A stretch of DNA of 64,000 nucleotides, taken from Macrostomum lignano. Its lineage: Eukaryota. Each line of letters begins with the position of its first letter. Positions within the stretch are counted from its first letter, which is position 1. The notes beneath the pieces are model-generated. The model was not told the DNA's origin, ran no database searches, and saw nothing but the letters and a program-made list of their open reading frames with translations. A program made the position numbers and the translations under genes. Of this stretch, positions 1 through 11,029 are shown one piece after another. The stretch is taken from the NCBI GenBank assembly GCA_002269645.1, contig NIVC01003743.1, positions 15,462-79,461 on the forward strand. The letters run 5' to 3'.

Positions 1-2220
1 AAATTTATAGAAACATTTATTAATTCTTTTTGTACTTATTATTTTATTGGTAATTTTATTGATTGACTTAGGTAGAGTTTTCTTTTTTGCTAGAGACAAG
101 GTGCAAAATCATACCCTATGCTTACTTTCAGGGTTTTATAATTTTAAGGCTTAGAATGCAGTTTCTCTTTTTTCTTATATGAAGGCAGTGCAAATAAGGC
201 TTCAACAAAAAATAGGTAATGAGATCGCACCTAAACTGTATCCACTTTTTATTTTCAATTTTCAAGGTGGGATTTTAAAATTTAGGGTGCATATGCATAG
301 TTTGCGCATAAAAAATAAACCTAGGACTTAGGCCTAGTTAATTTTAAAATAAACTTTTTTTATAATATAAGTATTCATCAATAAATTAGTTTTATGAATT
401 ATATCAATATTATTTATCAATCTTAATTGGCAACAATTATTTTTCTATTTTATTTCAGCCTAACATTACATGGCCCATCCTCAAACTTGGATGTCACCTT
501 GGTCTTGCATTTGAAGAAGCTTGCAAAGCTACTTGGAATTTGAATTTAATATCTCAAATGCTACCTTTTGTGAAGCAATGGTAAGTTTTAGTTATAAACT
601 GATTTTTTTCTGTCATCAAAATCTATCAAAATCTATTATAAAATCTGTCATCAATCTGTTATAAAATTCTGTAATTTAAACCCTTTCTTTTCTAAGGTTG
701 CTCACCTGACCTGAAGAAGCAGCATTCTGGCAATTGGCAGCAGCATGTTTTTGACTGTTCTAATTCTGATGCATTATATTATTGTTAATTAATTAATGCT
801 ATTGACAATGTCAATTTCAAATTATATATTATATCATATGCGCAGTGCAACTCTAAAGATATCAATATTTACATCAGTGTGTTTATTCTTTGTGTGCCAA
901 TGACTCACTACTGTACATAAATACACCTTACATCGTTTTTAAATATTGAATTTTGAATTTTTGTGCAGAAATATTTTTGGCTATAGCTAGTGTTTTATCT
1001 GTGTTTCAGTTTCTTTTATATGGTATTGAGATCTGGGGTTCGTATGAAATTTTGAGATCTGGTATTATTTTGAGATTTAGGATGCAACAATTTATTATGG
1101 CAACCAGTATAATGGCTGCTTACTCAATGACAATGTGGATTCTATGTGAAATACATAATTACTTCCATATGGATCTTCCATGTGGAATCCATATCTTGAT
1201 TCCACATGGATGGACGGAGACAAATGCACATATGGATTTCATATGAAAAATCCACATGGAATCCATATCATTTTTTTCACTGGGAAGTTGGCTCAAGCAA
1301 GAAGCCTGTTTGGCCAGTATATTTCTGTGTATTTAAGTTATTTTAGTATTAGTTGTTTAAATACGATCAAGTTCAAAAGGTTAAATTTGTTCAAAAGGTT
1401 AAATTTTTACACGAGTTACGATGCAAGTCACGATATTTGTAAAATTATTAAGGTATTTGAAAGAGCGTTTTTTGTAAAAAGATGTATTTTGCAAGTGCGC
1501 AATATTTCAAAGCGTGAAAAACAAAAGAAAAATGAACAAAAATGTGAACAAAAACGAACTTCAAAAGAACTTTACGTTAAACGAATAACGACGATTTGAA
1601 TAGGTATTAGATAGGAAACTAATTAAATACTAATTAAATGCTAATTAAAAAAAATTGAAAACAGAAACAAATAAAACAATACTTTTTTCACAAAAGTGCA
1701 AAATAACAATCTTTAGAAATAGTTTTCCATTATCTGCTTACTTTTTATTATTCTTTAATTTTTTCAATGGCTTTAAATCAGCAAAGACATACGATACAAC
1801 GCAAATGAGATTGAATATGATTTGTAAAAAAGGTGACAGTGCTTGCTTACATACGCGGACAGTGGTTATGATGCCGCCAGTAAAATTGGTACGTCAATTT
1901 TGTTGTTCTGTTGTGTGTGTACGCAGATACGCAGATACACTAGTTTTCTAAAGATCTGTACGCCGAAACTGATTTTAACGGCCAAGTGTACGTAGGAATA
2001 TTCTTGCGTACGGACACCTTCCTGACTATGGCCTATAGCTTGTATGGTATAGGAGTCAGGACTAAGACTACTAGACATTAAGACTGACTACCACACTTGA
2101 AAAGCTGGGGGAGGAATTTGGCTCAATGTGTTATTGAATTGAATGGTGCTAGAGAGATAAGTGGGTAAGAAAGCCAGCAGTACAAGCCTAGGCCTACAAG
2201 AGAGGAACCTTTAAAAGAAT

Positions 2221-2874
2221 GGCAGTGCTTATTTAGCCGGCACCGGTCAAATAAGCGCGTCACTATTTAGCCGGCAGTCCTGCCCCATTGCCGGTCAAAT
2301 AAGCGCGTCACTATTTATCTGGCAGGCCTGCCCAACTGCCGGTCAAATAAGCCCGTCACTATTTAGCCGGCAGTCCTGCCCCACTGCCGGTCAAATAAGC
2401 CCGTCACTATTTAGCCGGCAGTCCTGCCCCAGTCCTGCTGCCGGTCAAATAAGCCCGTCACTATTTAGCCGGCAGTCCTGCCCCACTGCCGGTCAAATTA
2501 ATAAGCTATAACCCATTCATCCAAGCGATCCTTGCCCTCTCGTGTGCTACAGACAGTATACATGTACAGTATGGCCAGGGCCCACAACTAGGACGTATTA
2601 AACATTCGCCGACACTTATTCAGACACTTCTACAGACACTTTAGTTTCTGTCGTACGAATCGTAGGAACAAGCATTAAATTTGTTTATTGCCGGCTAAAT
2701 AGTGACGAGCTTATTTGACCGGCAGTGGGGCAGGACTGCCGGCTAAATAGTGATGGGCTTATTTGACCAGCAGTGGGGCAGGACTGCCGGCTAAATAGTG
2801 ACGGGCTTATTTGACCGGTGCCGGCTAAATAGTAGCGAACTTATTCGACCGGTGCCGGCTAAATAAGCACTGCC
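2221..2874. mobile_element. Non-autonomous foldback/Mutator-like DNA transposon with long modular TIRs
   Basis: The left end GGCAGTGCTTATTTAGCCGGCACCGGTC is the reverse complement of the right end. The TIRs are built of ~50-bp subrepeats (about 2221-2498 and 2690-2874). A perfect 9-bp TSD, TAAAAGAAT, lies at 2212-2220 and 2875-2883. Confidence 0.9.
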
Positions 2875-3846
2875 TAAAAGAATAGCAATGCTAGAAGATT
2901 AATAGCTCTCCCTCAATACCAAGGTATCCATGCATTTTGGTGCTCTAGATTGCTTTTTGGTATTTCAGTTTAAAACACCAAAATAATATTAAAAAGAAAT
3001 TCTATAAGTATAACAAATATATAAATACTTTACAAAATGTTCAATATTCATAATAAAAGCAGTAGGCCTATTCATTTCGTTAAACTGGCATGTTTCTTAA
3101 ATTTATAAAAATCCATTCAATTTAATTGCATGCATTTGCTTGCTGTATCTTAATATACAATATAAGCTAGCTGCTAGTGCTATGAAGACTTAGTTAGGTA
3201 AAGTTAAAATTTATCAGCTGAGATATGGCTAGCAATATTACAGTAGGCCTCAATTGAATCAAGAAATCAAGAGTCTGGTCAGAGAAAAAAAATTAAATCA
3301 AAATAAAATAAAACCATTTTTAAATTAAAAAAAACATTAAGTCAGCTTAACAAAATGAATAGTAGGGCCTACCTTAGTTTTTTTACAGTAAGTGAGTAAA
3401 TGAGCTAAATTAAGACTGAATTTCTATATTTTTGTGTATAATTCTTATCTCTACATATAAAAATCAAAACTCTGTGTGTGTGTCTATGTACAAATTACTT
3501 CGCTATAGACTCCCATACTGCTCAACCAAATTACACCAAACTTTACACCCACCCTAAAATTACTACGGAGAATGTCTTAGGCTACCTTTAAATTTCCTAG
3601 ACTCAAGTCTTCCTATCTAAAAGTATAAAAAGCTGCTCAAAATGTGTGGTTTTTTCACTAAATCCTCCATAGTACCACTCCACATCTACCAATCCTCTTC
3701 AAATTTGACACAGACAATCCTCAACTATTTTGGCACAATCATGTAAAATTTAGAGTCTCAAAGTTAATCTTGAATGGTGCTATGCACTTTTAAAGTTAGG
3801 CTGTTTTTTTCAGTGTAGCAACTACCCCAACCTCTGCCTGCCTGCC

Positions 3847-4141
3847 CATACATGCGCAACCTCCGAAATTCAGTCGGCCATGCGACTTAGTTTTAACAAA
3901 AATGCGACATAGTTTTTGGCCAAAATGCGACTTAGATGTAAAAAAACCCTAGAGCAAAATTAACGCAACTTTGGGTAAACGGCAGGAGTAACTATGACTG
4001 TCTTATTAAACCAAAATGCCTCGTCAGCTACTTAGTACTACTACTTTGTTATTTTTTGGGTGGGCATTTTGCGACTTCCTTGGTTGGCCGCCAAATTGGT
4101 GGGCCAAATCGGCCGACTCGGCCGACTGTTGCGCATGTATG
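3847..4141 (+). mobile_element. hAT-type MITE (family A, copy 1) carrying a 28S rDNA-like segment
   Basis: Perfect 14-bp TIRs CATACATGCGCAAC / GTTGCGCATGTATG. 8-bp TSD TGCCTGCC at 3839-3846 and 4142-4149. Confidence 0.9.
3973..4036 (+). pseudogene. Decayed 28S rRNA fragment (helix 69 to R2/I-PpoI target region) inside the MITE
   Basis: GGGTAAACGGCAGGAGTAACTATGACTGTCTTATTAAACCAAAATGCCTCGTCAGCTACTTAGT aligns by eye with the conserved eukaryotic LSU sequence GGGTAAACGGCGGGAGTAACTATGACTCTCTTAAGGTAGCCAAATGCCTCGTCATCTAATTAGT. Confidence 0.8.
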
Positions 4142-6438
4142 TGCCTGCCTCTCTTTCCCGATCCCAATCTGGGCCCAGATATGTAAAAGAGTTTCAAAAT
4201 TGACTAACTTTCAGCTGCCATAAATTTGCTCCACGTGAAGCGATTGACTTCAAACTTGACACAATTCTTCATTGACTCATTCTTTATCTAAATGTAGAGT
4301 TTCAACTCTGTAACTCAACCAAAAAAGAAACTGTAAGCATTTGAAGTTTGTCTGCTTTTTCTGTTGTTTGTGCCACTCACTCACTCATTCTCCCAGAGCC
4401 AGACCAAGGGTCAAGCAATAAGGCTGAATGTACATGGCAATGTATAGTGTTTTGGAATAGCTTTGTTTATGGCTTTCTCTACACCCTGTGGAGAGGCTAT
4501 GTTTAGTCATCTATAACAGTTTAGTGAGTAGCATTGTCCTCTGTATAGGCTCTGTATACATTAGAAAATTTTTATATTCATTTTGTTTTCGTAACTGATA
4601 TGCATTGCGTACAGTCAATAAATTATAATATAATTGTTGTTTTACTTTGCACTTTTTAGAACATCATTTTAAAATGATTATTCTTGCATTTATTCTTATT
4701 GTACCTTAATGATAAAAAAATGATAAAGTAAAAATTCTAGTTCAATAAATCATAGAAATAAATAAATGCTTCATGTTTATTTTTTCATAGACCAATGTAT
4801 AATACTATTTTATTTGTTAGTCTATGGCATTTTGATTGACTTGAAGTACTTGTTCAAATAAATGACAAAAGTTTTCATTTTTATACCTTATAATATCTTA
4901 TGAATAGGAGCAGCTTTTAAAAAATAAATTATATTTTCTAATGTTAACATTTAATATGTTTAAGATTACATTTAACTTTAGCATAGTTTATAACAATTTA
5001 CAATCAAAGTTGGTTAATTTTTGCATTGATAGCAAAATTTTAACACTTTATAAAACTTGTATTAGCTTCTACTATTCCCTATGAGAAGGTATATATACTA
5101 GTAATATTATACTTTCTAAAGGCATTCAAAGTATTTTTTAACTGTTTAAACTGTTTATTATCTATCATAAATATGCATAAATGCTTGGCATTCTTCAATA
5201 TATTTTAATGGAAAAATATACCTTTAGAATATAGAAAACTTTTAGCTAATATTCATAAAATATTAGTAATAAAAATATAATATTTACTCTTTTTCATGCC
5301 TTTAAATATTGTTTTACCAAATGTACCTTAACACTGCAAAGCTATAATAATGTCTTTATCAAAACAAAAAATGAAAATAATTTAGATGTATTAAAGTAAT
5401 GATCCTAAAATGAATTGCTTAGCAACTATACAATATTATTCTATTACAAAGCATTTTAAAAACTTTTTTCAGATAGCTTAAATGTTGCAAAGTTTTTCTC
5501 AATACATTAGTATAATACTTTTGTTTAGTTAGAAAATTGATTGGTTTTATCCAAAAGACAAACCAGTAATGATGATGACTCACTAATTCCTATATTCAAA
5601 AGAATAATTACGAGTCATATACTATCATAATTACTAAAATTATGGAATGCCCCACACAGTTGCTGCATTAGTGCCACAATATATACATGCCAAAATCTTA
5701 CTAATATTATTTGCAGGTGGGTTGCAGGAACCCTGAGGCAATTCTGCCCATTCCACTGACTCTTGAGCTATATGCAGGCATGCATATGTACACCTTCTCA
5801 CACAGGGTGTACAGTGACCCTGACTTCCTTATCATCAGGCATGTACACTCTTTTCCTTGGGGGTTGGTCCTCATGTTTGTGAATGGCATAACATCCCCTG
5901 GCCAATTTTTGTGCACACAAGCCGCAAGCCCAAATGAATGTGGCCACACATTGAATCAAACCAAGGGGTCATGGGGTAAAAGTCAGACACATTTATTGCT
6001 ATGCTAAGCTACTCTTTCCCATGACAATCTCTTTGCTGTGCCAACCAGTCTAAACATGCGCCATATGATTGGATGCCATTTGTTAACTTATTTTAATAGA
6101 GATTTTGTTAGATGCTATTCAGCATTTCAAATGTCTGTAGTAGTCAATTTAGAATTTTAAATCGCTATTACATTGCACTATTGTGTACTGTGCACGTGTT
6201 GGCCACATTGAGTGTCGTATTTTTAGCAGCAAGCTTATACAATATACCGGGCAAATCACTCTGCTTGATACCATTAGCACTGATCAGCCAATCAGCGATC
6301 TGGTAGTTGATCAAATTATTCTAAATAATGAAGCTGTGGATCAATGCTGTGTATAAATACTCGTACTGTCGTACGCTCATATACAGAAAACAGCCAATGT
6401 TTAGATTAATCCATTTTTAATGGCATTAAATATAAATT

Positions 6439-9400
6439 ATGGAGCCTCAGCTGCGAGCGACATGCTTCAAAAAGCGACTGTGCCATCGGTATCTGCTGCG
6501 CAGCAGTGGCAGCTCCGTCTCCAATCACCCTCACCTTCAGCAGCAGCAGCCACATCAACATCGCAGCGACATTGTTGCCACCGTCGATAGTTTGCATTCT
6601 CAAGTGTGCCAGTCGCCACCAACTTACATTACAGTCTCTTCATCGTCTACTGCGTTTCCTTCTAGTTCCTTATTTTCTTCTCAATCTCCGAGTTTGCCTT
6701 CCCGTCTGTCGCAAAGCGTTTCTTCTTGGCCAGACGCTTCCAAGATGGCCGCCTCGCTCTCTGCTAATGCAGTCGTCTCGATGTCTCCACCGACAAGACG
6801 GTCGCCGCGTTGGTGGCCGTGCAACGTCTGCGGTCGTAGATTTCAACGCAGTGATCTGCTTCGCAGGCACGCCCGAAGTCATTCTGGTCGACGTGACTAC
6901 CTGTGTGAAGAGTGCGGTCAGGCTTTTGCTAGGTGAGGCTTCTCAGTTAAGTGTATAACTATTAATGTGAACAAATTAGTGCTTGTCATTCTGTTATTTT
7001 TACCCTTTATCAAATCTGAGTAGGCGCTACCCTTCATCAAATCTGAGTAGGCGCTACCCTTCATCGAATCTGAGTAGGCGCTACCCTTCATCGAATCTGA
7101 GTAGGCGCTAGCCTTCATCGAATCTGATAGGCGCTAGCCTTCATCGAATCTGAGTAGGCGCTACCCTTCATCAAATCTGAGTAGGCGCTACCCTTCATCG
7201 AATCTGAGTAGGCGCTACCCTTCATCGAATCTGAGTAGGCGCTAGCCTTCATCGAATCTGATAGGCGCTAGCCTTCATCGAATCTGAGTAGGCGCTACCC
7301 TTCATCAAATCTGAGTAGGCGCTACCCTTCATCGAATCTGAGTAGGCGCTACCCTTCATCGAATCTGAGTAGGCGCTACCCTTCATCGAATCTGAGTAGG
7401 CGCTAGCCTTCATCGAATCTGATAGGCGCTACCCTTCATCGAATTCGAATCTGAGTAGGCGCTAGCCTTCATCGAATCTGAGTAGGCGCTAACCTTCATC
7501 AAATCTGAGTAGGCGCTACCCTTCATCGAATCTGAGTAGGCGCTACCCTTCATCGAATCTGAGTAGGCGCTACCGTTTATCGAATCTGAGTAGGCGCTAC
7601 CCTTCATCAAAACTGAGTAGGCGCTACCCTTTATTCTCAAATCAATTTATGTATTATGTATGTAAACAACAACATTAGTGGCAAAAATAAGGGTGTTGTT
7701 GTGACGCTAAGTGCTTATTTATAGAAAACTTACTTGAATTAATTTATAAATTTAGAGTACTGACGTAGATCAGTTTGATTTATCACCAGCTAGTTTCATT
7801 CTGTTAGGCCAGCTCATACGCTACTTGTTTGGCTGCACAAAGCGAGACGTTCTTTACCATACCATTTTTGAAGTTTGTGCATGAGGTTGTTTGTGTTTTC
7901 CGTGTTTACTTCCTAGTAGAGTTGCCAAGTTAAGAGTCAACCAGTTTCTTGTAAAGAGCCGGTAGGGGGGGGGGCGACAATGACTCAACACGGCTGATCC
8001 TAACTGCTTCAACACCGGCTGAGGTTGGGAAGAAGACGGAGCATTTTAATTGTTAGCTCACACACCCTTCTAGTGTATATTTATCATATAAGTAAATAAA
8101 GGTTAGGCAAAGGTCAGCCAGGCATTGTAACCGCGTTGCAACGGATCAGTTCATAACAGTGCGCTCTCGTAGTTCAAATTGTGAGCTAATGATTTTGGTT
8201 TAGTGCAACCAAAGCTGTTCTGTCTGCCTGACCTTTGATTTGCTTGGATGAAAAGCCTTTTGGGGCAAAGGTTAAACTGAATGGAATTTGACCTTACTAT
8301 CGGTGCAGCCTACTGCAGAGATGAAAATTTGTTTTGGATTTTATTACACACAGTTCCTACCAATGATGACAAATATTGACCTCAGTTGACCTCGCAACTG
8401 CATTCATTCATGCATCTGGGCCACGATCCATTATCAAACTTTATTAATTCTCAGAAATGAGGCTGGGACAAACCATGATATAAGTGGGCGATAACCGATC
8501 ATAGTATTGTAAGAGTAGGTGGGCGATGACCAACCATGATATGATATTTAGACTCAAAGGGCGATGACCGATCATGATAAATGGACACAAAGAGTGATGA
8601 CCGATCATCATAAACAGACACAAAGGGTGATGACCGATCATTATAAGCAGACACAAAGGGTGATGACCGATCATGATAAATAGACACAAAGAGTGATGAC
8701 CGATCATGATAAATAGACACAAAGAGTGATGACCGATCATGATAAATAGACACAAAGAGTGATGACCGATCATGATAAATAGACACAAAGAGTGATGACC
8801 GATCATGATAAATAGACACAAAGAGTGATGACCGATCATGATAAATAGACACAAAGAGTGATGACCGATCATGATAAATAGACACAAAGAGTGATGACCG
8901 ATCATGATAAATAGACACAAAGAGTGATGACCGATCATGATAAATAGACACAAAGAGTGATGACCGATCATGATAAATAGACACAAAGAGTGATGACCGA
9001 TCATGATAAATAGACACAAAGGGTGATGACCGATCATGATAAATAGACACAAAGAGTGATGACCGATCATGATAAATAGACACAAAGAGTGATGACCGAT
9101 CATGATAAATTAGACACAAAGGGCGATGACCGATCATGATAAACAGACATATAGGGCGATGACCGATCATGATAAACAGACACATACGGCGATGACCGAT
9201 CATGATAAACAGACATATAGGGCGATGACCGATCATGATAAACAGACACAGAAGGTGATGACCGATCATGATAAACAGACACATACGGCGATGACCGATC
9301 ATGATAAACAGACATATAGGGCGATGACCGATCATGATAAACAGACACAGAAGGTGATGACCAAATATATTTCAACGCCCGCCCGCAGATCTGACCACCT

Positions 9401-9659
9401 GGCAACGCACAGACGCAAGCACACGGGTGAGAAGCCGTATTCCTGCGGCCAGTGCAGCTACTCGGCCAGTCGAGGCGACATGGTCACCAGGCATAGGCGG
9501 ACCATTCACCGCCAGGCTGGCGAAGGCTTCGCTGACGCCGAATCGAATTCAATAGCAGCTACGCGTAGTTGCCCTGTTAATGAGCAGCGTGTTCAAATTT
9601 CTCTGCCTTCAACCGCTGCTAGCGGCGTTTTCGAATCGTTGCGTTCCAGCACTCGCTGA
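6439..9659 (+). CDS. klu: Klumpfuss/WT1-EGR-like C2H2 zinc-finger transcription factor; exons 6439-6932 and 9389-9659 (254 aa)
   Basis: The AG|GTGAG donor at 6933 and the CAG acceptor at 9386-9388 join into three fingers: CNVCGRRFQRSDLLRRHARSH, CEECGQAFARSDHLATHRRKH, TGEKPY linker, CGQCSYSASRGDMVTRHRRTIH. The last two resemble the Klumpfuss RSDHL and RRDMITRH fingers. The symbol is by similarity only. Confidence 0.8.
7001..7634. repeat. 27-bp minisatellite (TCTGAGTAGGCGCTACCCTTCATCGAA)n in the zinc-finger gene intron
   Basis: Tandem periodicity read directly, about 23 copies. Confidence 0.95.
8521..9362. repeat. 33-bp minisatellite (GATGACCGATCATGATAAATAGACACAAAGAGT)n in the zinc-finger gene intron
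   Basis: Tandem periodicity read directly. The array ends about 25 nt before the acceptor. Confidence 0.95.
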
Positions 9660-9764
9660 TGGCAGGCATGGTTTTTTGACTGAAATAAATTTTCTTTTTC
9701 GGGTGCTGCTATGGCCGCTATGACTGCGATCTGTCAGTCAGTTCTTGATCCTTAGGCTGCCTTA

Positions 9765-10514
9765 GAGCTGCCACCCCTCTGATCCTTCAGTGACCTGAGC
9801 TGCCACCCCTCTGATCCTTCAGTGGCCTGAGCTGCCACCCCTCCGATCCTTCAGTGGCCTGAGCTGCCACCCCTCTGATCCTTCAGTGGCCTGAGCTGCC
9901 ACCCCTCTGATCCTTCAGTGACCTGAGCTGCCACCCCTCTGATCCCTCAGTGGCCTGAGCTGCCACCCCTCTGATCCTTCAGTGGCCTGAGCTGCCACCC
10001 CTCTGATCCTTCAGTGACCTGAGCTGCCACCCCTCTGATCCTTCAGTGGCCTGAGCTGCCACCCCTCTGATCCTTCAGTGGCCTGAGCTGCCACCCCTCT
10101 GATCCTTCAGTGACCTGAGCTGCCACCCCTCTGATCCTTCAGTGGCCTGAGCTGCCACCCCTCTGATCCTTCAGTGACCTGAGCTGCCACCCCTCTGATC
10201 CTTCAGTGGCCTGAGCTGCCACCCCTCTGATCCTTCAGTGGCCTGAGCTGCCACCCCTCTGATCCTTCAGTGGCCTGAGCTGCCACCCCTCTGATCCTTC
10301 AGTGACCTGAGCTGCCACCCCTCTGATCCTTCAGTGACCTGAGCTGCCACCCCTCTGATCCTTCAGTGGCCTGAGCTGCCACCCCTCTGATCCTTCAGTG
10401 ACCTGAGCTGCCACCCCTCTGATCCTTCAGTGGCCTGAGCTGCCACCCCTCTGATCCTTCAGTGGCCTGAGCTGCCACCCCTCTGATCCTTCAGTGGCCT
10501 GAGCTGCCACCCCT
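9765..10514. repeat. 32-bp minisatellite (GAGCTGCCACCCCTCTGATCCTTCAGTGGCCT)n
   Basis: About 23 near-identical copies, differing mainly at one G/A site. It begins about 100 nt after the zinc-finger gene stop. Confidence 0.95.
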
Positions 10515-11029
10515 TCGCAAGAATTTTCTGTAGATAATAAATTTTATTATTAGAAGTTATATCTGTTTAAATAGTTTGTTTTTATTGCATAGTTATTAAT
10601 AAGTGCGTATTTTCTAGAATCTGGTTGCTATTTACGCGTGTTTATACATGCAAATGCCTTTCATCTTACTTTTAAACTATAGTTTATCACTATCAGTCGC
10701 CGTAATAAGCTTTGTGTAAATATACTTACTGCGATGCTATATAATGTTGAATTACTTCTTGGTGTCAATTGGCTATCCCTAAGGAAAAAAATTAAAATGC
10801 GCCTATCACAGTGCATTTTGACGTCTCAAATAGTTAAAATAAAAAACTCAAGTGCATCGAAAAAATCTTGTTATATTATCAGACACTATAAATTTAACAG
10901 TAGCTCTGACTTGTTGGGTTTATAATTAAAATATTTTAGGACAATATACAGCTTAGATATTTTATCTTATGTACATGTTATATAAATGGCAATTACCCTT
11001 ATAGTCTGCACAAGAACCGCTCCTTAAAT

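Larger units (their letters stand above)
3448..5101 (+). mobile_element. Helitron-like non-autonomous element (3' end uncertain)
   Basis: It starts A|TCTCTACATATAAAAATCAAAACTCTGTGTGTGTG and has recurring CAAA(C/T)TT(G/T)ACAC motifs typical of non-autonomous rolling-circle elements. A candidate CTAG|T end lies at 5098-5102, but no convincing 3' hairpin was seen. Confidence 0.4.

Noticed and set aside
953-2078. Short AT-rich ORFs and TCCACATGGA-type small palindromes
   Set aside because: The composition is not coding-like, there is no motif, and no TIR/TSD boundaries could be defined.
3973-4036. Functional rRNA gene or preserved helix 69 structure
   Set aside because: The fragment is only ~64 bp and the stem pairing is broken in the copies, so no compensatory changes can be claimed.
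5707-6007. Two short antiparallel ORFs upstream of the zinc-finger gene
   Set aside because: They have no recognisable motif and no convincing splice sites.
8444-9405. Minus-strand repeat ORFs (MIGHHSLCLFI..)
   Set aside because: They are the antisense translation of the 33-bp intronic array.
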